DNA of 64,000 bases from Selaginella moellendorffii. Its lineage: Eukaryota; Plantae; Lycopodiophyta. Made by a program: the position numbers and the translations under genes. The stretch's first letter is position 1. Every line of letters begins with the position of its first letter. The stretch lies in NCBI RefSeq assembly GCF_000143415.4, contig NW_003314294.1, forward strand, positions 1,230,416 to 1,294,415, written 5' to 3'. Below the pieces are notes generated by a model. The model worked only from the letters and a program-made list of their open reading frames with translations, searched no databases and was not told the DNA's origin. This document shows, piece by piece, positions 11,582 through 24,399 of this stretch.

Positions 11582-14132
11582 TCATTTGGAGACATACGAG
11601 TCATAGCGAGCTTTCTTGGCGTCTCGCTCCATCCATGGCTCTCTCGGCGGCGGTGGCGGCGGTGGGCGATGGTGGTGGTGATGGTGCTGCTGCTGCTGGT
11701 GCTGCCACTCCATTTGTCTCGGCTGCTGCTGATAGTAGTGCTGCTGCTGCTGCTGGAACTGGTGAGGAGCGTAGTAATCGCGATGGTGTCGAAATCCAGC
11801 GTTGTGATGCTGCGGCTGATGCAGCGGCTGTCGATCGAAGAATGTCTCTCGTCGAGCGTACTGATGAAAGTCTCGTCGCCGATCGTATCGAGTGTCGAAA
11901 GGCAGGAATGCAGGTGGCCTCGGCCTCTCGTGAGGCGATACCATCCTTCGCTCGCGACTTGGCCGTGGTGGCGATCGAGGAGGAGGAAAGTCGTGGCCGG
12001 ATGACGGGAGCTCGCCTTCTTCCTCGTCCGGAGCTTCAACTTTCACTGCTGCCGCTGCTGCTGGTGGCTGGGAAGGGAGATCTTCGTCGTTTAATCTCTT
12101 CCTCTTGCTTACCGGTTCTTCTTCCTCTGGACGCTCCCTTTTCTCGTCGCTCTGAAGCTCCCTTTTCTCGTCGCTTTTGGCTGCCGTTACATCGGCCTCT
12201 GGACGCTCTTCCTTGATTGATATCTTCTTCTCCATCACCTCGTCTGAATTGTCCTCCTTCACTACCACCTCGTCACTCTTTGCCTCAACCTTCTCTATCA
12301 CCCCATCCGGAAGTTCCTTCTTGACTAGCGCCGGCACATTCTCGTCGATCTTCGTTGCCACCACTTTGTCTGGATGGTCTCGCTCTGCTACCACCTCCTC
12401 ATCTGAGCGCTCTATCTTTACTACCACCTCGTGGAGACGCTCTCTCTTGGCTACCATCTCGTCGGAACGTTCTTCCGAACGATCTTCCATGGCCGCAACT
12501 TGTGCTAGAACATCGTTGTGATGGTCCGTCTGGGACACCACCTCGTCGACACACTCTTTCTTGACTGTCACCTCGGCCGGACGCACACTCTTCGTGACAA
12601 CTTCGTCGATACGCTCTTTCACCTCGTCTGGCTTTGCTATCACCACCTCGTCGAGACACTCTTTCTTAACGGCCACCTCCCTCCTCACAAATTCCTCATC
12701 CGGGCGGTCCCTTTTCGCTGCTACTTCGTCGGGACGCTGCCTTTTTAAAGAAGCTGCCTGTTTACCAGTTTCTCGGTGCATATCCCCGTTTTCCATCTTC
12801 TTCGGCCTCGCAACTTCAATGCCATTCTCCAGCTCTCGTTCGAGTAGTTCTTCATCGGTAACCACATCTTGCTTCTGCGGAGCTGCCACCGCTTCCACTC
12901 GGGATTTCCTGCGTTTGAGAGCAGCTTTGAGCTTGGCCTCATCGATGCTTTCCACCTGTGTCTTCTCCTGCTGCGGCTCAACCACGTCGGGTTCCTTGCG
13001 TGATATGACTTCACCGGGAGAATTGCTAGCTCTTCTCGAGACATCGTCACGTACCTCCGTCTGAGTAGAGACTTGACCAGAAGGAGGACTATCAACTCTG
13101 GCACTTGGACGACTAGCGCGCGATGGATTGGAGCCTGCCTGCTCGTAGAGTTCCAGCATTTGATTGCTGACCTCTGCAAGAGACAGAAATTAAACGTTGA
13201 GACAAGTAGCAATCAGACAACCTTCTAGCTGCCTTGGAGTGACTCGAAAGTCTCGCCACCAAGCCTTCTCACCATCGCCCGGAAGTTTTAGCTTGAGAAA
13301 TTTAGCCCCGAGAAAGATGGCTCCAGCGGCAATGTGATGAGGCTTGAATTGCAAGAACAAGGTGGTTTTCAGCCTGAAAAATAGAAGCGTTAGTGACTCG
13401 CATCGACAAGAAACTTATTACCCGTCATTTATAAAGTTCCAAGCGACTTGTGCGATGGAAGATTGAAAAGCCGGGGCCAACTTCCTCACTGCCAGTACCA
13501 TTGGTCTGTATGGGTGAGAGACATTCAAATCAAAGCCCAGTGTTGACAGCAAAAGGTTCTCTCCTGTCAATAGCAGCCGGAGTTGTCGCTGGTAAACCTC
13601 CTTGGTGATGGGCTTCTTGTGACGAAGCGCATAGGATACCAAGACAACATCGTTTGCCGGTCTAGGAGTTTCCTCCACTTTGCCAGCGAGAAACATGCCT
13701 ATGGTCGCAACCATCTGCGAATAAAACCATCACCACCATTCTCGTTCTTCTCCACAGGAGAATGAAACTTACAAATCTATCGTTGCGAGCGTGCGACTGT
13801 CGCAGAAAGAATCGATGACAAAAAACAATCGCGGTTGCAATGGCGATTTGGGGCCTGGAATGAAAAGCCCGATAGCAAAAATGGGGGAAAAAAGAGAAAG
13901 GAAGAAACCAAAGAACTTACATCTTGAGCTTCATTCCCAGCTCCTGCAAGTAAGCGCAATACGACCTCCTGTACTGGGCCTCCTTCTTGCTGTCGATCCC
14001 ATCCTTCCGCGAGGGCGAAGATTTCTCGATCTCCTCTCTTGAGAAATACCACTTGGAGCTGGAAAAATCGGGCTCTTCCAGCCTCGTTGCCGCGGCCTGA
14101 GCTACAAAACCTTCAGTGGAAGGTCGACCCAT
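11582..14132 (-). CDS. CYCT1: Cyclin T (P-TEFb cyclin) with long repetitive C-terminus
   Basis: [89 protein letters not shown]; spliced, with a large last exon. Confidence 0.93.
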
Positions 14133-14290
14133 GGCGGCTGCTGCTACACAATCCCTATCATCGCCGCCTTCTCCACGCTACAAGCCTCGAGAAGCTCTCC
14201 GTCAAAACCCTAAAAGAGATCCCTCTCTCTCTTTTTCGATTTTAGGGCTCTAGCGAGCGAAAAAGGAAAGGCGCTCGATCGGCCACAGCG

Positions 14291-17200
14291 ATGAATCAAT
14301 GCGCCTCTCTTCCATCGCATTCTAGCTGCATTCGCGGTGGATTCTGGGCGCTCCACTCCGCGCCGGCGGCGCCAATGAGGTCAAATCTCTTCCTTGCTCT
14401 TTGCAACGATCACGCGAGATACTGAAGCAGCTCCATTGCGTTTCCGCGGCGAAGGCTGGCTGTTGCTAAAACGACAAGCCTGCCTCACCTTGTCACGCAT
14501 CCGGTGAGTAAAAATCTGGAATGTGGCTACAATCCTCTTTCTCATCGAACAAACTTTGTTTTGTTTTCGGTTTTAGGAGGGGTTTGGTCGCGCCAATTGG
14601 AGAGCGTGCCCAGCGTCGAGGCGATTGAATAGGATTTGTGCTGTAAGAGATACTCGCCAACATTGAAACTTTGTTCTTTACATTGTTGCGTTTCTGTCCA
14701 GATTAGAAGAACACGAATTTTTGCGAGCATGGATACGGTAAGGTGGGAGCTTTCTGAGTTTTGCGGCATTTTGATTGCGGTCCTGTTTTGCAGGCAGGCT
14801 TGGATCCTGCAGTGTCAAACGGGCAGGCTACTCCCCTCGGTGCATCTAAGCTGAGAGAGGGCGTCAATTTTGCGTTGTTTTCAGAGCATGGAACTTCTGT
14901 GACGCTATGCGTGTAAGCTAGCCTCTTTGCTTTTGTTTCGTCGCTTTACTGGTGTCTTTCTTCGTTCTCAATTACAGTCGCCTGGGAACAGAAGGTCCTG
15001 TTAAAGAGATTGTGCTCGATCCACAAAAGAACAGAACTGGAAACGTCTGGCACATATGTCTTGAGGTAATGTTTTTGTAGAAAAAGCTCTAGCCTTTTAC
15101 ATACTTTCTTGTTCTTTTTGTAGAACATCCCGCTAAGCGGTGTCTTGTATGGATATCATGTTGATGGACCTCGCGACAAGAATAGTCGATTTGACAAAAA
15201 CACGCTGCTGCTTGATCCGTATGCGAAGTATGTGGAAGGACGTAGAATTTTTGCAGATAAGACCCAGAAGCTGGCTCCGCACTGGGGAACTTTCGATTTT
15301 ACACTATCTGAATTTGACTGGGAGGGAGATGAAGCACGCACCAGGGTCCCGGAGGTGAGCTTCTGGTCTTTTATTTTCTTTTCATCCTTACAAGACTTTG
15401 CAGAAAGACCTGGTTATCTACGAGATGAGTGTGCGTGGTTTTACAAAGGACCAATCTTCTGGTGTTGCTGAAGAAGTTCGGGGAAGTTACCTTGGCTTTA
15501 TTGACAAGGTTTTTTTTTTCTCTTCTTAGGAATTTTGCAGGCTATATGTTCTTGCTTACAGATTCCGCATTTAGTCGAGCTTGGCGTGACAGCAGTTGAG
15601 CTTCTTCCAATATTTGAGTACGACGAGCTTGAGTTTCAAAGGAGACCAAACCCACGGGACCACATGGTTAGTCGATTAAATTCTTGCGATTTGTACAGAC
15701 TCATTCCTTTATTCAGGTAAACGCTTGGGGCTACTCAACCATAAACTTCTTTTCTCCGATGAGTCGGTTTGCCAGCAACGGAGGTGGACCTATAGCTGCA
15801 TCTCTGGAGCTAAAGCAAATGGTGAAAGCGCTTCATAAAGCGGGGATTGAGGTGCGTAGGCACTAAATTTTCAAGCATTATGTTTCTGGTTTTGGGATTT
15901 GAGCAGGTTCTCTTGGATGTGGTGTACAATCACACAAACGAAGGAGGCAATGCAGATCCTTATGTCACATGCTTCCGAGGTGTAGACAATGCGGTATAAT
16001 TTGTCTCAGTTTGAAAATCGATCTCCACGTTCAATTCTTTTTCAATGCAGGTGTATTACATGATGGATGCAAACGGCTACATGAACTATTCTGGATGCGG
16101 TAAATCTCATTGTTCTGTTTTGTCAGGAGCATTGCTGATGTGTTTTACGTGTAGGAAACACTCTGAATTGCAACCATCCGGTCGTTACTGAGTTTATTTT
16201 GGACAGCCTCAAGCACTGGTATGGACGTGTTTCAATCATAATGCGTTCAGCTTCTGGTTTCAGGGTCACGGAATATCATATTGATGGATTTAGATTCGAC
16301 CTTGCCAGTGTTCTTTGCCGGGGTACCAATGGCGCTCCATTGGCGAATCCTCCTCTTATTCGGGTTGGTTGGCTTTCATTTTTTTCATTCCCCATAAGAA
16401 CGCATCATATCCTTGCAGGCAATATGTAAGGATGAAGTGCTGTCCAAGTGCAAGCTTATTGCCGAACCTTGGGATTGTGGAGGCCTGTATTTAGTAGGCG
16501 CGTTTCCTAACTGGGACAGGTGCGCATTTCTATTTCTCAAGATTGGCTCGCTTTGTAAGCCTTCCACTTCCGACTTGATTTTTCAGGTGGGCAGAGTGGA
16601 ATGGTAAATATCGGGACGATCTGCGGCGGTTCGTCAAGGTACCTAGGATGAGCTATGCCAGTAAAAGTCACTGATATGCTGATTGTCTATACAGGGCGAT
16701 TGTGGAATGAAGAGGACACTGGCCACACGGCTATCTGGATCCGCAGATCTGTACAATGTTTGATGGCGGCATTTCGTTTTCTTTTGTTGATACTTTTCAT
16801 TTGTTTTGATTGGCAGAAAAACCAACGAAAGCCTTACCATGGTATCAACTTTATTGTTGCACATGATGGCTTCACTCTATATGACCTTGTGGCATACAAC
16901 ATGAAGGTAAGCAAATGGCTTACGTCCTTGTTTTGAAACGCAAGGGTGACAATGTTATGAATCCTTAGCACAACGACGCAAATGGGGAGCGTGGACAAGA
17001 TGGCAGCAATGATAATTTTAGCTGGAATTGTGGAGTAGAAGGTACTTCACTTCGCCCTGAGGTCGGCAAATTTTTCTAAAGAGCGCGCGTGTTTCTGTGC
17101 AGGTGAAACGGGTGATCAGGCTGTGAACGGTCTTCGAGCACGCCAGATGAAAAACCTACACGTAGCGTTAATGTTCTCTCAGGTTTGAGCTTGTTGTCTC

Positions 17201-17969
17201 TCTCATATTTTGACGCTCTTTGGTAAAAAATCTCAGGGAACGCCAATGATGATCATGGGTGATGAATACGCCCATACAAAATATGGTAACAACAACACGT
17301 ATGGTCATGACACCAGTCTAAACGATTTTTTATGGACCCAGGTACGCTGATTTGTGTTAGTTTTTACTATGAATTCTTACCTTGAGCAACATAATTCATT
17401 CCAGCTCCAAAAGAAGAAGGATCATTTTGCTTTTTTTTCCAAGGTTATAAAGTTTCGCTTGAAGCATCCTCTGCTTGCTCGTTCAGAGTTCCTCTCCAAC
17501 GTAAGCTCTATTCGAATCCTGACGATGCAAACCGTATTACTAAGCCGACGTTTGTGCAGTCCGATGTTACATGGCATGAAACCCAGTGGGACAATCCAGA
17601 TTCTCGGTTTCTAGCTTTCACGTAAGTGAAGATACTTTCGCCATTTAATTTTTCTCAATCGTCCTTGCTTGCAGGCTACACGAGGGCAAGCTTGGAGGTG
17701 GAGATCTCTACATGGCGTTCAACGCACACACTTACGCCGTGAATGCCGCACTCCCACGTCCGCCGGGTGGAAAACGCTGGCTTAGGCTGGTACGATTTCT
17801 ATTCTCTTGCGCACCAGTGTGTTTGTTTAATCTCACGAGCCATGGCTGCGAGCAGATTGACACCCATTTCGCTCACCCCGAAGATTTTTGCGAGGAAGGG
17901 GTCGGAGGCCTCCAGGAACGATACAGTGTTGTGCCTTTCAGCTGCATCGTACTCATTGCAAAGTCATAA
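14291..17969 (+). CDS. ISA3: Isoamylase 3 (GH13 starch debranching enzyme, plastid)
   Basis: [85 protein letters not shown]; more than 20 short exons. The start codon is the less certain part. Confidence 0.92.
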
Positions 17970-19749
17970 ACCTGAGAAGGGGCATATCTTTGGAGTTCTC
18001 AACTTAGGAGCTACGTGCTGTATGGGCCCAAGGGTGTTTGGAAGAAGTCCATCTTCAGAGCGCTCTTCGGAAGTACGACAATTGCGTGAAGAAGCGGCTA
18101 GTTGACGAGACGCTCTTGATCGATGAAACCGAAGCGCTTTGCTCTTTTCGTTTCTGGTGGAGGGTTTGGACACTGCTATTGCTTCTGTGGAAAACGTTAT
18201 TGATTGAAGGAGCAGCAGCAGGACGAGTTCCAGTTTTTCGGCCGAGAAGCTGGACCCTGTGGACAGACCAGCTTTTGTCAGAACTTAAGAGGGTATGGTA
18301 GAAATGCATTTTAAATTTGGAAACTATATATATGCATGATATGTTGCAAGGTATCTTGACTGTCTATATACAACTTTTGTTCACTAGGGTACATGGAGCT
18401 TCTGTATCTGTGGGAAATCTTCTTCCATCTCAATCTCCAAAGTCTTCTTTCTTATCTCTCCAGGTTTTATGGCAATCAGCCACAGAAATTAAATATCAGA
18501 TATGATGTCATATGGCGTTCATTGCCTGTTGTCGCATCAAATGGAATGATTGTCAGATGTCTGAATTCTGATCCATTTGTATTCGTTACTTAATTGGGAA
18601 GACTTTGCGCTAGTTAGTCAACCAGCGCAAAGTCTTCCCCAACAAAGAAAGTAACAAAGAAGAGTTTATATCACATGGAATTACATGCTCTGGGTTTATC
18701 AGTTTGAGGATGCCTTAGGTGAAGAAAAAGAATCTGGGGTGGAACTTGTTTATAAAACTACCAGCGCTAGACCTTCTGACATGCAAACCTATATATATGG
18801 GATGTCAAATGTGAACCTTGGAGACTAGTGGCAAAGTGATGAATGGGTTAGACATTTCAAAGCACTCTGATATTATATCCAAGCAATTGTGTGAGGGATA
18901 TTGTTCATTTCATTGGTATTAGAGCCATGTCATCCCACATGAAGTAGCCATTGATAGCAACTGCAAGAAGCTAAACAAACCTTATATGAAGGAAGTCCAA
19001 GGAAATATGGCCATGGAGAATCACAATAAATAGCCATGAAAGAAAGAAAACAATATAGCCTTATTGCATGATAATAAACAAGAGAATGAAAATAGAGGAA
19101 CAATTCAGGTATGGGAATGTTAATATTGTCAATTATAGAAACAAGAGAATGAAAATAGAGTAACAATTCAATTCAAATTATATGGACAACATAAGTCAGA
19201 ATTGAAAATTGGAAACATGGGCCTAGAAGTCAAAACTTAAATACAATGAAATTATAAATACAAAATACTGTTTATTTCATTAGTATTAGAGAGGTTCAAA
19301 TCTAGTTCTGAAATAATATCATAAAATCTTCTTATATTTAAAGATTTTCTAGGATGAAGGACCTCAACAGTTGGTTAGGATCATTACCAATTGTATTGGT
19401 ATAGTATTATGTATTTTACTTAAATATTACCTTTTTAAATGGCCTTGACTAATAGTTTATGATGTTTGACTGGAAAATCATCTACAGAAATTTATGGCAT
19501 GACTAAAGGACTTCTGTAATATGATATGTTTCTTATCCTCTGGGGTATAATGCCATGTTTCCTCCATTATATTAAAATCATTTTCTTCTAACCTGATATG
19601 GTTTAAGGGTTATAAAGAAGGCTTCATAAATTTCTTCATATTGGTATCAACCAAAATGCCACCTTCAAGTTTGATTGAACATTGAAGATCTATCCTATGA
19701 TAAGAGAACTGAATTCACTAGCTTGGGTGGCTAACCACAACAAGGAAGA

Positions 19750-21612
19750 TTAGGACCGCTTGGCACAGCGGTGAAAGAAGCCAGGCATGAAGGCCTCACA
19801 GCCGACACCATCTAGTACCAACACCTGCCGTCCTAGGAGCTGCTGCTCTTCGAAGAAAGCGTCCAGTAAATCCGCGTCAAAGCTATGGTATGGCACCAAA
19901 ATGATGTACACCTTTTCCCTGCCGGACACTTCCAGTGCCTCATCGAAAGCCTCGTCACACCACTTCTTCATCTCGGGTACTGTGACTTTCTGCTGACCCT
20001 TACATTGGATCCACAGCTCCAGTGTGCCAAATGCCTCGACTCCAACCTCTACATTCCTGCCTCGTAGGAAAAGCCTTCCGTCAACAACGGGGCCCGATCC
20101 CAAGGTCTTCATCACGATGCCATGAGCAGGAAGAAAGATTGTCCTCGGGGGACAGTGACTTCCGGCAGCTACAAGCCTTGTACTGGTGTCACCCTTTCTC
20201 GCAAAATGGCGTGCCGCCTGACCTGGTCTGAGAAACTGAAACACCTCATCCTCTCGCGATACCCTTTCGGGAACCCGAACCTCAAACGGGCTGGCACAGA
20301 TGCAGCCCGGAAACAGGTCGTCAAGCTTCACCGTCTTCCCTCTTGCAAGACACAGCCTCACGTAAAGCATCTCCAAGCACGCCCGCTCCAGCGTTTCACT
20401 TTGTAGCAGATCCGGCCGCAGCTCCACTAGAGGCTGGTGCAGCCTGAGACGGTGGCCAAGATGGTGCAGTAGCACGTTTGGAGCCTCAAAGACAATCTTC
20501 CCTGCGTCTTCCTTCCAGCAAAAGTACCCCCGAATACTTTCTTCCATGGCCAGCTCGGAGTCGTCAACACTCCCTTGTATAAGACAGTATCTAAAAGCGT
20601 CTTTCAGTTGCTCCAGGTTGGAGCCTCCAAATTCTATGGCATCTCCTGCCCAGCACTCCATGGACGTGATCATGCTCCTCCTGGCCACGTCGATCATTTG
20701 CAGGTCATCCAAGCCTATATCCCCACGTGTATTTCTCAGGCCCGCTGAAACCCATTCCAAAAACCTGGGAACTCCTAGACAGTCTTGAAGCAGCACCCCA
20801 AATTGTTCGTGCTCCATCAACTTGCTGGAACCTGCGCCCTGCTCGACCACCTCCCTAGAGTCTTGCAGAGATAAACCTGTCAAGCGGTGGGCGATCTTAG
20901 GCCATTTGCGCGCACCAAAAGTACCAACTTCTGGAACCCTGCACCCTGCTAAGCAAGGAATCAGGATAAGACCCCCTGCCTCCTGCTTGCATGTGTTCCT
21001 CATGAAACGGACAACTACATCGCACATCTCCTTGAGGAACACTTTCCCCCGTGTGCCCAGCTGCGCTGCTAGGAGCTGCATCTCGTCTAGAAGAAGATAC
21101 AAGAGCACCACTCCCGGCTTTCCCTGCTTAAGAAACTCGCATACCTTGCCCATGGCATTTGCAAAGGATGGGAAGCTGCTGATAGAGCCCTGCGTCTCTG
21201 CGTCGAGCTTGAAAAACGGCAGCCCGTGCAAAAGCTCCGAAAGGATTGTTACCTCGAGGAACTTGGAGCCATCCATTGCAATATCTGGGCGAGGCATGTG
21301 GGAATGCTCGGAGCCTCGGCCGTTGAATGTCACAGAAATCTGATGCACAGCACCCGCATCGTAGAGGCTTTTCAGCTGGAAATCCGCTGGCGTGCAGCAC
21401 AGGCGCACCTGTTCCCTGATTTCTTGCAAGCACCGTGTCTTGCCGATGCCTGATCCGCCCTCAAACGTGATGAAGCGAACAGAATTCTCGCCGTCCTCCT
21501 CACAGTAGGCCGCGACAAGAGCTTTCACTGTCGCTTTCACGTCCTTCATCAGCCCTCCTCGGCCGATCAGCGGAACAGGCCGCCTCCTCTTCCTCACGAC
21601 CTCTGCTGCCAT
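19750..21612 (-). CDS. Intronless Crinkler-type P-loop NTPase + restriction-endonuclease-fold protein (~620 aa)
   Basis: First in-frame ATG at 21612 (MAAEVVRKRRRP). Walker A FEGGSGIGKTR, Walker B LLYLLLDEMQ, GVPRFLEW; C-terminal E (ETLER)...D (VVDGRL)...QxK (LWIQCK). Telo-box aaaccctaa at 21622-21630. Confidence 0.75.
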   Translation of the reverse strand: MAAEVVRKRRRPVPLIGRGGLMKDVKATVKALVAAYCEEDGENSVRFITFEGGSGIGKTRCLQEIREQVRLCCTPADFQLKSLYDAGAVHQISVTFNGRGSEHSHMPRPDIAMDGSKFLEVTILSELLHGLPFFKLDAETQGSISSFPSFANAMGKVCEFLKQGKPGVVLLYLLLDEMQLLAAQLGTRGKVFLKEMCDVVVRFMRNTCKQEAGGLILIPCLAGCRVPEVGTFGARKWPKIAHRLTGLSLQDSREVVEQGAGSSKLMEHEQFGVLLQDCLGVPRFLEWVSAGLRNTRGDIGLDDLQMIDVARRSMITSMECWAGDAIEFGGSNLEQLKDAFRYCLIQGSVDDSELAMEESIRGYFCWKEDAGKIVFEAPNVLLHHLGHRLRLHQPLVELRPDLLQSETLERACLEMLYVRLCLARGKTVKLDDLFPGCICASPFEVRVPERVSREDEVFQFLRPGQAARHFARKGDTSTRLVAAGSHCPPRTIFLPAHGIVMKTLGSGPVVDGRLFLRGRNVEVGVEAFGTLELWIQCKGQQKVTVPEMKKWCDEAFDEALEVSGREKVYIILVPYHSFDADLLDAFFEEQQLLGRQVLVLDGVGCEAFMPGFFHRCAKRS

Positions 21613-22254
21613 TGCTTCTGAAAACCCTAATCTCAATTTGCTCTGATCCAATGGTCCAGATTTTTAAACAGCTAGATCGACGGACAGTCGTTAGTATCCT
21701 TAAGCTCTCTTATAAGTTGGCAAAAGGCACAATGAAAATTTTATTCTAAGTATATTCTTTAAGATGCCAGATAAAAGGTACCTTAAAAGCGCTAGCAATT
21801 CAGAACTCATGAGCAAAAAGTCAATTGGGTTGAGACAATGGATAGACTTACTTTTGCATAATTGAGAAGTCGTTAAAGGTGTTGTTTGCCAAATTTTCTA
21901 AATTAGTTAAGTCCCATTGTAGTGCATTTAAATTTGGAATTGAACTCTAAGTCTGTTGTGTTATGAAATGAAGTTTTGGTATGCACTTAATATCAAACTC
22001 TTACATGCAAAATGATATCAAATAATGTTTAACACAATTTTGGCATATCAATGCCTAAAGTGAGGGGAGCTACATACCATTTTGTTTGTAGCAAGGATAG
22101 AACGTGATTGAAAACATCAAGGCTTTAGTGGAGGCAAAATGCCTAAACACTGTCTCATCCACTGATATCATCGTGCTCGTCATTAGGTCACTAGAGAGTG
22201 CGTCACTGTGGTAATACCACTTAGTATGAACTAATTCTACATTGACCAGCTGAA

Positions 22255-22765
22255 TGGACCAACGTGGACCGTTACCTTTGGGCAGCGAGACAGCCTCACG
22301 GCAAACCAGACGGCTGCAAATGTAGAACTTCCACCTTTCTTCAATGTTTCCGTGCTCATCACCAGCTTTCAAAGCCATGGCCTATCCATCACACTGTCGG
22401 CCAAGGCCAATGTGGGAACTTTAAATCTCACCTCTATGGTACCAGATTATATGAACCCTTACTACAACCAATCGCTCAGGAGCCAGTGTCCCAGCAGTGG
22501 TACCTTTCTCCTCTAGATTTGCACTCTAGTGGTGTTTGACAACAAGTACTACAAGGACTTGATAAATTTCAGTAGATTGTTCCACTCTGACCAGACACTG
22601 TGGAGTGGTGGCGATTGGACAGTTGCGCAGCTGGTGCACACTTATGCCATGGATCAAGCGCGATTTTTCCAGGACTTTACGACTGGAATGATCAATATGG
22701 GGAACCTCAAGCCGCTCTTAGCTCCAAATGAACAGATTCGTAAATACTGTGGCAAAGTGAACTAG
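22255..22765 (+). pseudogene. Class III peroxidase pseudogene (3' half only)
   Basis: GPTWTVTFGQRDSLTANQTAANVELPP, HTVGQGQCGNF and FDNKYYKDL..LFHSDQTL..MINMGNL..QIRKYCGKVN fall in different frames with deletions; no 5' exons found. Confidence 0.85.
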
Positions 22766-22831
22766 ATTTTTTCAATATATAAAAATTATCCCTTGGTTCC
22801 AAGGTGTTTATCAAGTATACTTCTTCTCAAG

Positions 22832-23919
<1,088 letters not shown>

Positions 23920-24399
23920 TCACTCAAAAGGCCTGGCCTTTGAAACGTTTGGAAGGGTTGGATTTATAGATAGAGCCTTGCCGTATCTAGCACGGGTGCC
24001 ACGGTGGTGAATGATATTAAACACAACTCGAGCTGGTGTATTTTGACAAGCTTTTTGTTCTGTAATGGAATAAGTCGTATCCATTTCATGTGGTTTGTTT
24101 GTATGAAAGTCGGCAGTGGCACACAAGTTCAAACATTTCACCCTCGAAAGAACCATATCTCAAATCTCACAAGAGATGATCAAGTTTGTCATGAAGTCAA
24201 GTACCGCTCAAATGCATCCTGTGACTTTGGACAATTTTTCTTGGTGGAGTGTTTTAGTGGAATCACTCCCTTTCCACCACCAAAGCATCCTGCCTGTCAC
24301 ATTTGTCTTTGCTGACTAATTTCGTCTGTTGCAAATAAGACATTAGAACTTTCGAGGAGAAAGCCTCCTCCTCCTAAGTACATTCTGCAAGTAGTGTTT

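Noticed and set aside
12200-12745. CRISPR-like periodic repeats
   Set aside because: Degenerate coding repeats inside a eukaryotic exon; no constant repeat with unique spacers.
11549-13064. Plus-strand ORFs with hydrophobic or Ser/Thr runs
   Set aside because: Antisense of the cyclin T low-complexity exon.
19076-19172. ~33-bp direct repeat aaacaagagaatgaaaatagag.aacaattca
   Set aside because: Only two copies in decayed AT-rich DNA; no sign of function.
6921-21651. Bacterial contamination or NB-ARC/NLR identity for the two NTPase genes
   Set aside because: The first has host-sized spliceosomal introns and the second a telo-box promoter; neither shows GLPL/MHD motifs or LRRs.
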